Of a DNA stretch of 64,000 nt, positions 1 through 9,339 are shown one piece after another. The stretch's first letter is position 1. Each line of letters starts with the position of its first letter. Made by a program: the position numbers and the translations under genes. The stretch covers positions 92,203-156,202 of the forward strand of contig CAMCMZ010000002.1 in assembly GCA_945876185.1 (NCBI GenBank). Direction: 5' to 3'. Below the pieces are notes generated by a model. The model was not told the origin of the DNA. It ran no database searches and saw nothing but the letters and a program-made list of their open reading frames with translations. The stretch comes from Candidatus Kuenenia stuttgartensis (lineage in GTDB: Bacteria; Planctomycetota; UBA11346).

Positions 1-313
1 TGAGCACGATTCCACGTTCGACCGCCGTCGCCGCGATCAGGGCATCGGCCATGGTCATGCCGTCCTTGATCGCGTGTTCCTCCAGGTAGATGGCCGCGCG
101 GTGGCCGATGTTCTCGCTCAGGGGCAGCACGGGAATGCCCAGGTCGGTCAGGAACGCGGCGATCACCGTGAGTTCCTTTTTGTCGCGCGCTCCTTGCACC
201 AGTTCCATGTAGGTGATCACGCTGATGGTCGGGGTCGCGTCGCTCTCGATCGCCCGGGCCGCCTTGGCGACCCCCCGGAAACACCAGATCAAGACATCAG
301 TGTCAAAGAGCAT
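1..313 (-). CDS. vapC: PIN-domain toxin (VapC family), runs off the left edge
   Basis: Manual translation (absent from the ORF track): MLFDTDVLIWCFRG...SVITYMELVQG...MADALIAATAVERGIVL, with typical PIN acidic residues; overlaps the antitoxin 3' end. Confidence 0.85.
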   Translation of the reverse strand, partial: MLFDTDVLIWCFRGVAKAARAIESDATPTISVITYMELVQGARDKKELTVIAAFLTDLGIPVLPLSENIGHRAAIYLEEHAIKDGMTMADALIAATAVERGIVL

Positions 314-572
314 GCCCGCGTCCCCGGCGCAGGGCGCGGACCTGGGCCGGGACATCGGCAGCATCGGCACGATCCGCCCACATGCCGAAGGCGGGATGAT
401 CGCTGACGCTGCGCCGGGCTTTTCCGGACTTCCCGCCGATCTTGCTGCCGCCGGCCGCGACCAGGATGGCCCGTTCCTTGCCGCGATGGAGGATGGTCAC
501 CTGCCCCTGGCGATCGAGGGCGCGCAGCACTTCCGGCATGCGGCGGCGGAGATCGAGGATGGTGGCCTGCAT
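303..572 (-). CDS. Phd/YefM-family antitoxin
   Basis: MQATILDLRRRMPEVLRALDRQGQVTILHRGKERAILV is Phd-like; directly upstream of and overlapping the PIN gene. Confidence 0.8.
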   Translation of the reverse strand: MQATILDLRRRMPEVLRALDRQGQVTILHRGKERAILVAAGGSKIGGKSGKARRSVSDHPAFGMWADRADAADVPAQVRALRRGRGHAL

Positions 573-1027
573 GACAGTGCTCCGGTGTACACTCGGAGTG
601 TGCAGTTCAGCGATTCCCGGGCAAGGTCGGGTCGAACCGGGCCAGGTAAAAATCAGCCTAAAATTCGCAAACGAGCCTCGCATTTTTCAGCAAGTTGGCA
701 CGGGTAATAGGGTTGGTGAATTTCCCGCGGGCACCAATCGGGTGAGGAGATCGGATCGGCCTTCCCCGCCTTGAACGCGGGCCACACCGATCATCGTCCA
801 GACCGATGCGCCAAAAAATCCAGCAAAAATCGCAAGTGCGCCCCAGATGCAAGGCGGGAGGAAGGAGTTGGGCAGCGCCGCGTCGGGACGGGTGAGGCCA
901 TACGGCTTCCTGGCCCAGAAGGAAGACCTGACGTCAACCCTCGTTCGGTGGCGGCGACAATCACCCGTCCTGACAATGACAACTGACGACCAACGCAGCA
1001 GGTGGGGTGCAATTGCGATTTTTAGAG

Positions 1028-1669
1028 TCAGCGCGCCTCGACCACCAGATCGTCGAACAGGATCGGCTTGCCACCGACCGGGATGCCCCAGGCGACGGCG
1101 CGGCCGGCGGGCAGGGGTTTGTCGAGGGTGGCGGTGATGGTCGCGGTGGCAGGTTCGGGCTGGCCGTCGGCCCAGACTTTTCCCTCGACGGTGACGCCGC
1201 CATTGGAAATGGAACGGGTGGTGATGGCGAAGCGGGTCCAGGTCGCCGTGGCCCAGGTGGGGTAGGGGACGGTGGCGAGCACGGTGTCGCCCTGGGCGAT
1301 TTCGACCGCGTCCTTGGCGGTCGCCAGGCGCACGGTGGCGCCGCTGACGCCGTTGAGGCCGATCCCGAACGTCGGCGACTGGCGGCCTTTCTTCTCGGCC
1401 TTGATCTTCAACCGTGCGGTGGCGGCGTCCTTGCGCTGCGGTCCGAAAAGCACGCTGTAGGTGTCGAGCGGGGTCGGCGTCAATGCCAAGGCCTTGCCGG
1501 CGCCGTCCGCGACCAGGGTGTACTCGCCGCTGCACATGAGGTCGTCGGGCACGGCCTCGAGCTTGTCGAAGTTCTCGGCATAGAGCGGTGCGGCGTCACC
1601 GGCGCGGAGGCCGCAGACCGACAGTGCGGCGCAGCAGGCGAGGGTGAGGATGGGAAGAGATGGGCGCAT
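1028..1669 (-). CDS. Secreted hypothetical protein, ConA-like/beta-sandwich domain
   Basis: Signal peptide MRPSLPILTLACCAALSVCGLRA; beta-rich; resembles the C-terminal domain of the 15381-17696 protein. Confidence 0.7.
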   Translation of the reverse strand: MRPSLPILTLACCAALSVCGLRAGDAAPLYAENFDKLEAVPDDLMCSGEYTLVADGAGKALALTPTPLDTYSVLFGPQRKDAATARLKIKAEKKGRQSPTFGIGLNGVSGATVRLATAKDAVEIAQGDTVLATVPYPTWATATWTRFAITTRSISNGGVTVEGKVWADGQPEPATATITATLDKPLPAGRAVAWGIPVGGKPILFDDLVVEAR

Positions 1670-1719
1670 GGGAGATTCCTCAAAGATAGGAGGGATGTGG
1701 AAGGAAGCGGGAGGAGATA

Positions 1720-1859
1720 GCCACAAAGAGCACAAAGGTCACAAAGGGGGGGAAAAGAAACAGGCGCAGTGAACGCAGGACAGGGAGATGGCAACCGAAT
1801 GGGGAGCGGTATGAATGCCGTCATCCACAACCCTTTGTGAACTTTGTGCCCTTTGTGGC
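1720..1859. repeat. REP-like inverted repeat pair (GCCACAAAGAGCACAAAG family), copy 1
   Basis: gccacaaagagcacaaaggtcacaaaggg ... ccctttgtgaactttgtgccctttgtggc, intergenic. Confidence 0.8.
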
Positions 1860-1878
1860 CAATCCATCTCCCGCGGAT

Positions 1879-3150
1879 TCATAGCCGGATCCAGCGTTTG
1901 GACTTCAGCTCCGGTCGCGGCAGGGTGCCCGGCGAAACCGATCGCACCGGGATGCGCAGCGACAGCGCGGCGCGCAGTTCCTCGTGCAGGCGCTGGGCGA
2001 GCTGGTCGCCGTCGGCGCCCGGCTGCGGTTCAGATTCGACGGTGAGTTCGAGCATGCCGCGCTCGCTGGCGAGCAGGCAGCGGAACTCGGCGAGTTCACC
2101 GAATCGCCGCGCCACCGATTCGATAGCGGCGGGCCAAACGTTGATGCCGCGAATCACCACCATGTCGTCGCTGCGGCCAAGAATGCCGCCGTCGAGCGCA
2201 AGATGCGCCACGCCCTCCGGCGGTTCAGTGGCCGCGCGCACCAGATCACCGGTGCGGTAGCGCAAGAGCGGCGAGCCGAGACGGCCGAGGTTGGTGAGCA
2301 CCAGTTCGCCAATCGCGCCGGCTGGCACCGGCGCCAGGGTCGCGGGATCGATGATTTCGGCGATGTAGGACGTTTCCAGGATGTGGAGGAATCGTGGATG
2401 TTCCACGTTCTGCCACGACACCGGGCCGATCTCGGTCATGCCGTGGTGGTCGACGACCACCGCGCCTGGCCAAAGACGGTTCAGGATGGCGCGGGTCTCG
2501 GGAATGCTTCCGCCGGGTTCACCGGCGACAAACAGGCGGCGCAGGGTCGGCACCGCGATGCCCTCGGCCTGCGCCGTCTCGCCCAGTCGAATTGCATAGG
2601 TCGGGGTTGCGAGCAGCACCGTGACGCCGGCATCGCGCATGAGTTCCAACCGGGCGCGGGAACTCAGGCCACCGCCGGGCAGACAGCAACAGCCCAGGCG
2701 AGCGGCGGCTTCGAAGGCGGTCCAGAAGCCGAGGAAAGGCCCGAACGAAAATGCTGCGAAAACCCGGTCATTCCGGCCGATTCCCACAAAGTGCAGGAAG
2801 CGCACCCAGTTGCCGAGCATCCATTCCCAACTGGAGGCGGTGTCGAGCCAGCGCAGTGGCACCCCGGTCGAACCGCTGGTCTGGCAAAAGCGCGAGTAGC
2901 GGCCGAGGTCGTAGGTGAGGTTGCTGCCGAACGGAGGATGGGCGCGTTGATCCGCAACCAGTTCCGCCTTGGTGGTGAATGGGAAACGTGCGTGGAAAAC
3001 AGCACGATCGCAGGTCGCGGTCGTCAATCCGGCCTGGCACAGCTTCGTCGTCCAGAATGGATTCGCGCCGTCGATTTCGCGCAACAACGCTGCAAGCAGG
3101 CGATCCTGCTCCTCACGTATCAATTCGCGGGTTTCCACGCTGCGCGGCAT
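1879..3150 (-). CDS. Phenylacetate-CoA ligase family (PaaK-like) AMP-forming CoA ligase
   Basis: TSGSTG P-loop, HHGMTE, LLRYRTGD, GRSDDMVVIRGINVWP, C-terminal LPR..LKSKR. Confidence 0.85.
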   Translation of the reverse strand: MPRSVETRELIREEQDRLLAALLREIDGANPFWTTKLCQAGLTTATCDRAVFHARFPFTTKAELVADQRAHPPFGSNLTYDLGRYSRFCQTSGSTGVPLRWLDTASSWEWMLGNWVRFLHFVGIGRNDRVFAAFSFGPFLGFWTAFEAAARLGCCCLPGGGLSSRARLELMRDAGVTVLLATPTYAIRLGETAQAEGIAVPTLRRLFVAGEPGGSIPETRAILNRLWPGAVVVDHHGMTEIGPVSWQNVEHPRFLHILETSYIAEIIDPATLAPVPAGAIGELVLTNLGRLGSPLLRYRTGDLVRAATEPPEGVAHLALDGGILGRSDDMVVIRGINVWPAAIESVARRFGELAEFRCLLASERGMLELTVESEPQPGADGDQLAQRLHEELRAALSLRIPVRSVSPGTLPRPELKSKRWIRL

Positions 3151-3153
3151 GGC

Positions 3154-3720
3154 TCAGCGCGTCGACGCAACGCTGGATACTGGTGCTTCGGGCGCCTTCA
3201 CGACCTCGGCTGGCTTCTTGGGCGGTGGATTTGCGGGCTTGTAGAGCGACACCAGCGAGGCACCGGCAATGGCGAGCAGGATACCGAGCACGAACTGCCA
3301 GCGGATCGCGCCGAGTCCCTCGGCGGGCGGATGCAGGATAATCGCGGTCACCGCGTTGATGATCGGTGCCCCGGCGAAGACGATAGTCATCACCACCACC
3401 GGGTTGCCTTTCGCTCCGAAGGCGAGCAGCACGCCAAGGGCGCCGATCGCGCCCACGATGCCAGCCGCCAGCGACCACCACAGGCCCTTGCCGGGATAGC
3501 TCCAGTCTGCTCCGTTCATCCACAGGATGGCGAGCGGCGCGAGCACGGCGGTGAGAAAGTAGGCTACGCCGACGATGAGGAACGCTTTGATGCGGCCGTT
3601 CGCGGGATCGGCCATGCCGAGCTGGCCGGTGTGAAGAAGGATGCCGTAGACACCCCACGACACCACGGTGGTGAGGGTGAAGACGATCCAGAGGGCGGGA
3701 TTGGTGAGGGCGGAGGGCAT
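3154..3720 (-). CDS. DMT/EamA-like membrane protein
   Basis: About five hydrophobic helices with WGVYG and GAPI motifs. Confidence 0.65.
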   Translation of the reverse strand: MPSALTNPALWIVFTLTTVVSWGVYGILLHTGQLGMADPANGRIKAFLIVGVAYFLTAVLAPLAILWMNGADWSYPGKGLWWSLAAGIVGAIGALGVLLAFGAKGNPVVVMTIVFAGAPIINAVTAIILHPPAEGLGAIRWQFVLGILLAIAGASLVSLYKPANPPPKKPAEVVKAPEAPVSSVASTR

Positions 3721-3740
3721 GGGGTCCTTTTAGGCTTCGA

Positions 3741-4175
3741 TCAAAAGGGGAAATCGTCGTTACGTGATACACGCTCGACTTCCCTGTCCTTTGAAAACAG
3801 GGCGAAAACATCAGACATAATCCGATTGACCGAAGCCACTCGGTCAACCGCAATCACCTTCGTGAGTTTTCTCCAACTCCAGACCTTATCTTCGGTCACC
3901 GAGGACATGACAGCATAGTCGTGCACATTTCCCGCCTCATCTGGACGGCAATACACGGTGAGTCCAAGGGGAATCGCCAGGCCCTTGACCTCAATCCACC
4001 AACCCCAGTCCTCATTGCAAAACCAGGGGATGTCGTGGTCTGCTTCTCTCAGGTTGTCCTGAAGGTACTGGCAGATCGCCCGTCCATACATCCCGGGATT
4101 GACCAGTTCCTCGTCCTCTCCAGGCATCTTGTGAAATTTCCTGGTATGGATGGCAACGCAGATGCCAGGGATCAT
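3741..4175 (-). CDS. Hypothetical protein (lower GC than neighbours)
   Basis: Open frame with EDWGWWIEV; codon usage visibly more AT-rich. Confidence 0.65.
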   Translation of the reverse strand: MIPGICVAIHTRKFHKMPGEDEELVNPGMYGRAICQYLQDNLREADHDIPWFCNEDWGWWIEVKGLAIPLGLTVYCRPDEAGNVHDYAVMSSVTEDKVWSWRKLTKVIAVDRVASVNRIMSDVFALFSKDREVERVSRNDDFPF

Positions 4176-4218
4176 GGGATGACCAGTCCGTCGCATCGGC
4201 CCACGTCGGCACCACCAC

Positions 4219-4327
4219 GTAGCGCCGGCTTCAGCCGGCATGGACGGTGGGCTTCAGCCCACCGATCGCTGGTGCAAACTTGTGGCGACTGAAGTCGACA
4301 CTCCGAGCCGGCTGAAGCCGGCGCTAC
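4219..4327. repeat. GTAG-type REP doublet (REPIN-like)
   Basis: gtagcgccggcttcagccggc ... gccggctgaagccggcgctac perfect inverted pair, with internal hairpins (ggtgggcttcagcccacc). Confidence 0.85.
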
Positions 4328-4355
4328 GGAAGGCAGATCCGGGGAAATCACCGCT

Positions 4356-4784
4356 TCAACCTGCCACCGTCAACTGCTCCGCCCACGCCGGCAACGGCTG
4401 CGAGCGGATCTGCCCATCGACGCGCCCAACCGGGACGACGACCAGGCGGCCGGTGGCGAGGGGCGGTTGGCTTTCCTCGCCGGGACGGGTGAACGTGAAG
4501 CCGTAGGTGATCGCGCGCTCTTTCTTCTCCAACACGCTCAAGGTCACCGCCACCTCGTCATCGTAGCGCAGCGGGCGGCGGTAGTCGCACTCGGCGTGCA
4601 CGCGCGGCCAGCCGATCACGCCCTCGGGCGCGTCTTCGCCGGGATGGACGCTGGCGCCGAGCGAACGCACGAAGGCGTGCTCGCAGGCCTCCATGTAGCG
4701 GAAGAAGACCGAGAAATGCACGATCCCGGCCATGTCCGTTTCGTGGAACTCGACCCGGCGCAGGTGGGTGAAGGTGGCGGGCAT
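4356..4784 (-). CDS. Acyl/aryl-CoA thioesterase (4HBT/YbgC hotdog family)
   Basis: RVEFHETDMAGIVHFSVFFRYME; WPRVHAECDYRRPLRYDD. Confidence 0.85.
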   Translation of the reverse strand: MPATFTHLRRVEFHETDMAGIVHFSVFFRYMEACEHAFVRSLGASVHPGEDAPEGVIGWPRVHAECDYRRPLRYDDEVAVTLSVLEKKERAITYGFTFTRPGEESQPPLATGRLVVVPVGRVDGQIRSQPLPAWAEQLTVAG

Positions 4785-4792
4785 GGGCGGGG

Positions 4793-6058
4793 TCAGGCCT
4801 TCGCCGCCGCGCGCTGCGGGAAGTACGGCGTGCCGAAGTCGAGCAGGGGCGGGATCTTGGCGAATTCGCCAAATGCGGCGAAGAGCTTGGTGAAATCCTT
4901 GTCGACCGCGCCGATGATGCAGTCGGTGAGATCGGCTTTCAGTTCCGGGTACTTGCGGATGAAGCTGCCGTAGTTGGTCGACGGGTCGTAGAAGGCGTAG
5001 ACCAGCCGGCGCATGTTCTCGACCCCGTTGCAGTACTGCTTGCCGTAGCCGGCGAAGGCGGCGGCCGAGGTGTCGCCCTTGACCAGCGCCGCGTGGACGG
5101 CGTCGGCGGCGAGTTCACCGCTGCGCAGCGCGAAGAACGCGCCGGACGAGAATACCGGATCGAGGAAGTTGAAAGCGTCACCGGCCAGCACCAGGCCGTC
5201 CGTGGCACAGTGCTGAGAACGGTAGCTGTATTCATTGGTAATCTGCACGTCTTCGATCTGCTTCGCCGGAGCAAGGTGCTCGACCAGCCACTTGTTCTCG
5301 CGCACTTCGCGGTGGTAGATCTCGGACAGGTCCTGGGTGTCGCGGAAGAGGTATTCCTTCTTCGCGACCACGCCGACGCTCATCACGTCGTCGTGCAGCG
5401 GGATGTACCAAAACCAGCCCTTGTCAGGAATATAGCAGACCGTGGTGGCCCCCCCGGCCCGGCCGGCATCGCGGGTGGCGCCCTTCCAATAGGTCCAGAT
5501 CGCGAAGCGGTCGAGCGGCACGTCGGGCCGGCGCCAGTTGAACTGGTTGACGGATAGGCAGTCGCGGCCCGAGGCGTCGAGTACGATGGGTGCGCGCAAC
5601 TCGAATTCTTTGCCGGCAGCGTCGGTGCCGGCGACGCCGACCACGCGGCCATCTTCAAGGACCAGGCGCTTGGCCTGGTAGCCATGGCGGATCTCGGCGC
5701 CTTTTTCGCGGGCGTTGTCGCGCAGCATCGCGTCGAATTCGCTGCGTCGGACCTGCCAGGTCTGAGTCGCGGGATGATCGAAGTGGCTGTCGAAGAAGAA
5801 CGGCTGCGACTGCTTGCCGTCGGTGCTGACGAAGCAGATCGAGTACTTCTTGGTAAAATGGCTGGCCCGCATCTTGTCGAGCATGCCGATGCGTTCGAGG
5901 GTGAAATACGTGTACGGGATCAGCGATTCGCCGATGTGGTAGCGCGGGAAGGCGGACTTGTCGAGCACCGTGACCTTATGCCCGTGCTGGGCGAGCACGG
6001 TGGCGGCGGTGGTGCCGGCGGGGCCGGCTCCGACGACGATGACTTCGGGAGTGCTCAT
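4793..6058 (-). CDS. Flavin-dependent halogenase-like oxidoreductase
   Basis: GAGPAG, FPRYHIGESL, FTKKYS (Lys at the halogenase position), GWFWYIPL (WxWxIP), GDAFNFLDPVFSSG. Confidence 0.8.
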   Translation of the reverse strand: MSTPEVIVVGAGPAGTTAATVLAQHGHKVTVLDKSAFPRYHIGESLIPYTYFTLERIGMLDKMRASHFTKKYSICFVSTDGKQSQPFFFDSHFDHPATQTWQVRRSEFDAMLRDNAREKGAEIRHGYQAKRLVLEDGRVVGVAGTDAAGKEFELRAPIVLDASGRDCLSVNQFNWRRPDVPLDRFAIWTYWKGATRDAGRAGGATTVCYIPDKGWFWYIPLHDDVMSVGVVAKKEYLFRDTQDLSEIYHREVRENKWLVEHLAPAKQIEDVQITNEYSYRSQHCATDGLVLAGDAFNFLDPVFSSGAFFALRSGELAADAVHAALVKGDTSAAAFAGYGKQYCNGVENMRRLVYAFYDPSTNYGSFIRKYPELKADLTDCIIGAVDKDFTKLFAAFGEFAKIPPLLDFGTPYFPQRAAAKA

Positions 6059-6726
6059 GGCTGGGTCTCCGGTTGGGTTGGGGTTTGGGGAAGATGCGAA
6101 AGATGAGGGAAGAGAGCTGCCGGCGGCAGGATCTCGACCACCTCGGCTAATGGATGACCGTCTGCCAGCGCGATGGTGTTGCAACGGCCGTACAGGGTCG
6201 GCTGTTCAGTCGGTAAGATCGCGAACAGCCGAGCCAGAACGCGGTCGGTTTCGACGCGGAAGAATGCCGACGGCTGGCTGAAATGCGGCACCTGGTAGTG
6301 CGCCAGGATGCCACCGAACGGCTTGCAGCCGTGCAGGATCTCCTCCTGGGCCGGGGCGGGCAGGCGGTCGAGGTGGATGCGGATCGCGCCGTATTCCACC
6401 GGACGGTCGCCGCTGTCGAGCAGCATCACCTGGCGGCGGTAGTCGGGATGGTGGTGGATCGAATCGAGCACGACGATGTGCAGCGGACAGCCGTGGAACG
6501 CGATGAGGTTGGGCGTCATGTCGCGCTGATTGACGAGCAGGGTGCGGTACGGCTCGGGCATCGCCGAGCCATCGATCACTGCCGGGATGGATGACGGCGT
6601 GCCGGCCCCGGCTTCAGCCAACGGCGCGAAGCGAGGGTCGCGGGTGGCGACCTGGGCCAGCTGGGCCCGACGGCGGATGGTCGCCGTGGTCATGTCAGGC
6701 GGCCTTTGGCTGGAGCTCAAGTTCAC
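6055..6726 (-). CDS. Chorismate-lyase-fold (UbiC/DUF98-like) protein
   Basis: LL..rDMT..L, YRRQVMLLD...PVEYG, PFGGIL, LYGR....VVEILPP match the chorismate pyruvate-lyase pattern; start may be the ATG near 6693. Confidence 0.6.
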   Translation of the reverse strand: MNLSSSQRPPDMTTATIRRRAQLAQVATRDPRFAPLAEAGAGTPSSIPAVIDGSAMPEPYRTLLVNQRDMTPNLIAFHGCPLHIVVLDSIHHHPDYRRQVMLLDSGDRPVEYGAIRIHLDRLPAPAQEEILHGCKPFGGILAHYQVPHFSQPSAFFRVETDRVLARLFAILPTEQPTLYGRCNTIALADGHPLAEVVEILPPAALFPHLSHLPQTPTQPETQP

Positions 6727-8099
6727 GCATATCTGGCCCCAGCGTGCTTGGGAAGGAAGAACGCGTGCAGCAGGCGGTCGACTTCGAGCAGCGCGCCGCG
6801 GGTCAGGGTCAGGCGGGCGCCGTCGATCTCGGCCAGTTTCTGGCTGACCAGGTCATCGAGCTGCGGCTTGAAGCGCACCAACGGATCAGTGCCGAACTTC
6901 TTGGTGAAATAAGAGGTGTCGAGGTGGCCGAGCTTCATCTGCAGGATGAACTCGCGGATCAAGCGTTCATCGTTGTCCGGGGTCAGCGCCCGGTGGATGG
7001 GCAGCTCGCCCTTCTTCACCCGGTCGACGTAGGGCGCGAAGTCGTGCTCGTTCTGGTAATGGACCCCATTCAAGTGCCCGAACGAAGCCACGCCGAGGCT
7101 GAGCAGATCGGCGCCGGCCCACAGGCTGTCGCGGTAGACGAAGCTGGTCTTGCTCGGATTGCGCACGGCGGTGTAGGCGCTTTTCACTGCGTAGCCGGCG
7201 GCTTCGAGCGCGGCGAAGGCCTCGGCCACCCAGCGTCGCTTGGTCTGCCAGTCGGCGACCGGGGCGGTGATCTTGCCCTCGGCTTTCATCTGCTTGTAGA
7301 TCGTCGTATTGTACGGGACCTCCATCTGGTAGATGGTCACCGAATCCGGCGCCATCGCGATGGTCTTGACGATATTGGCGCGCCAGTTGTCTTCCGTTTC
7401 GTTCATCATCCCGGCGATGAGGTCGATGTTCACCTGCGGAAATTCGCACGAGCGGGCGTAGTCGTAGGCGCGCTGGATCTGGGCCGACAGATGCGCGCGG
7501 CCGTTGCTTTCCAGGATGTGGTCGTCGAAGTTCTCGACCCCAAGGCTCAGGCGCGTGACGCCGATATCGCGGATGGTGCGGATCTTGCGGTCGGTGAGCG
7601 TCCCTGGCTCGCACTCGAAGGTGACCTCTTCGGCGCCTTCCCACGACACCTCGCGCTTCATGCCATCAGTCAGCGCGACGAGCTGTTCCGGCGAGAGGAA
7701 CGACGGGGTGCCGCCGCCGAAATAGACGAACTGGGCTTTGCGGCCGACGATCGCGGGCTGCTTGGCATAGAGCGCAAGTTCGGCCAGGGCGGCGTCGAGA
7801 TAGCCTTGGATCTCGTCGTTCTTCTTGTCGGTGTAGACCCGGAAATAGCAGAAATGGCAGCGCTTGCGGCAGAACGGGATGTGCAGGTACACCCCGAGCG
7901 GATTGCCGGGCCGGGGCGGCTTGGCGATCGCGGCGTGGGCTTCGTTGACGCGGGCTGTGTCCCAGTACGCGTACGGCGGGTAGTTGGAAACGAAGTAGTT
8001 GCCGACCGTGGTCTGCTCGGCGCTGTCTCCGCCCGCACTGTCTCCGCCTGCACCGGTGGCAGCAGCGAGATCCGTGGAAGCCTGGGGCTCGGTGGTCAT
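6723..8099 (-). CDS. HemN-like class C radical SAM enzyme
   Basis: YLHIPFCRKRCHFCYF, YFGGGTPS, ECEPG, RLSLGVENF, NIDLIAG. Confidence 0.88.
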   Translation of the reverse strand: MTTEPQASTDLAAATGAGGDSAGGDSAEQTTVGNYFVSNYPPYAYWDTARVNEAHAAIAKPPRPGNPLGVYLHIPFCRKRCHFCYFRVYTDKKNDEIQGYLDAALAELALYAKQPAIVGRKAQFVYFGGGTPSFLSPEQLVALTDGMKREVSWEGAEEVTFECEPGTLTDRKIRTIRDIGVTRLSLGVENFDDHILESNGRAHLSAQIQRAYDYARSCEFPQVNIDLIAGMMNETEDNWRANIVKTIAMAPDSVTIYQMEVPYNTTIYKQMKAEGKITAPVADWQTKRRWVAEAFAALEAAGYAVKSAYTAVRNPSKTSFVYRDSLWAGADLLSLGVASFGHLNGVHYQNEHDFAPYVDRVKKGELPIHRALTPDNDERLIREFILQMKLGHLDTSYFTKKFGTDPLVRFKPQLDDLVSQKLAEIDGARLTLTRGALLEVDRLLHAFFLPKHAGARYA

Positions 8100-8151
8100 G
8101 GCTGCCGTCCTGTCTATTGGTGGCGGTGGGGCACCGCCGGGGAATTCGAAC

Positions 8152-9330
8152 TCAGGCGGCGTGGAGCGCCGCGCGATACAGCGCGAGGAAGGCCTCGCGA
8201 TCGACCGGCCGCGGATTGAACCGGCCGGTCCATTGAGTGGTGGCCGATTCCACCAGGGCGGGAAGGTCGGCCTCCGCGACGCCACAATCGGCCAAGCCGG
8301 AGGGCAGTCCGGCGAGACGGGCAAGCCCTTCGACCCGACTGATGAGCGCATCGACGGCGGCGACCGTAGTCCCGCCTGGGTTGAGTCCAGCCTGCACCGC
8401 CAGCGCGGCATAGATCTCGGCCGTGGCTGGATCACCGGCGTTGAAGCGCAGGACGCTCGGCAGCATCATCCCCACCGCCTGGCCGTGCAGGATGCCGTGG
8501 CGGATGGTGAGCGGATTTGCGCAGGCGTGGGTGGCACCCAGCATGCTGTGCTCGATCGCGACGCCGGCCCAGGCCGCGCCGACCTGGATCGCCTGACGGG
8601 CGTCGAGGTCGGACGGGGTTTCCAGCACGCGGGGCAGGTTGGCCTGGATGAGGGCGAAGGCCTCGCGGGCGAACAGCGACGACACCGGCGTGCGCTTGGT
8701 GGTGACCGCCGTTTCCAGCGCATGCACCAGGGCATCGAAGCCGGTCAAGGCGGCGACCCGGCGCGGCTGGGTCAGGGTCAACTCGGGATCAAGCAGCGCG
8801 ATGCGGGCGAGCGCCTTGGGATCGCCGCAGGCCATCTTCTGGTGGCTCTCTTCATCGACGATGAGTGCGAACGACTGGCATTCGCTGCCGGTGCCGGCGG
8901 TGGTCGGCACCGCGATGAGTGGCAGGAACGGCTTGCTGGCCGCCCCGGTGTGCCAGTAGTCGCGCATCTTGCCGCCATTCGAATACAGGAAATTGCAGCC
9001 CTTGGCGGTATCGAGCGAACTGCCGCCACCGGCGGCGACGATGGCGTCGGGGCCGAAGGCGCGCGCGGCGATCAGGCAGGCGTCGACCTCGCGGGTGCCG
9101 GGATTCTCGCGCACGCGGTCGAAGACCTCCACGGCGATCTCAGCCGCTTGCAGGTTGGCGACCAGCCGGGCCGCATGGCCGGCGCTGACGATGCCGGGAT
9201 CGGTGACCAGCAGGACGCGGCTGGCGCCGAGTTCACGCGCCAGCGCGCCCAATCGCGCGGCCACCCCGGGGCCAGAGATGATCCGAGGCCGGGCGGCGAA
9301 GTCGAACGCGCTGACCACCCCGGCAGTCAC
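8152..9330 (-). CDS. Iron-containing alcohol dehydrogenase
   Basis: GGGSSLDTAK, VPTTAGTGSE, GFDALVHALE, GATHACANPL..HG. Confidence 0.9.
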   Translation of the reverse strand: MTAGVVSAFDFAARPRIISGPGVAARLGALARELGASRVLLVTDPGIVSAGHAARLVANLQAAEIAVEVFDRVRENPGTREVDACLIAARAFGPDAIVAAGGGSSLDTAKGCNFLYSNGGKMRDYWHTGAASKPFLPLIAVPTTAGTGSECQSFALIVDEESHQKMACGDPKALARIALLDPELTLTQPRRVAALTGFDALVHALETAVTTKRTPVSSLFAREAFALIQANLPRVLETPSDLDARQAIQVGAAWAGVAIEHSMLGATHACANPLTIRHGILHGQAVGMMLPSVLRFNAGDPATAEIYAALAVQAGLNPGGTTVAAVDALISRVEGLARLAGLPSGLADCGVAEADLPALVESATTQWTGRFNPRPVDREAFLALYRAALHAA

Positions 9331-9339
9331 GCTGCCGCC

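Noticed and set aside
580-1020. Possible ncRNA or IS end between the TA pair and the operon
   Set aside because: Only weak repeated cagc..aaa.tcgcaa motifs; no recognisable RNA family, terminal inverted repeats or transposase.
6723-8099. Calling the radical SAM a true hemN
   Set aside because: It lacks the HemN-specific motifs and is embedded in a non-heme operon.
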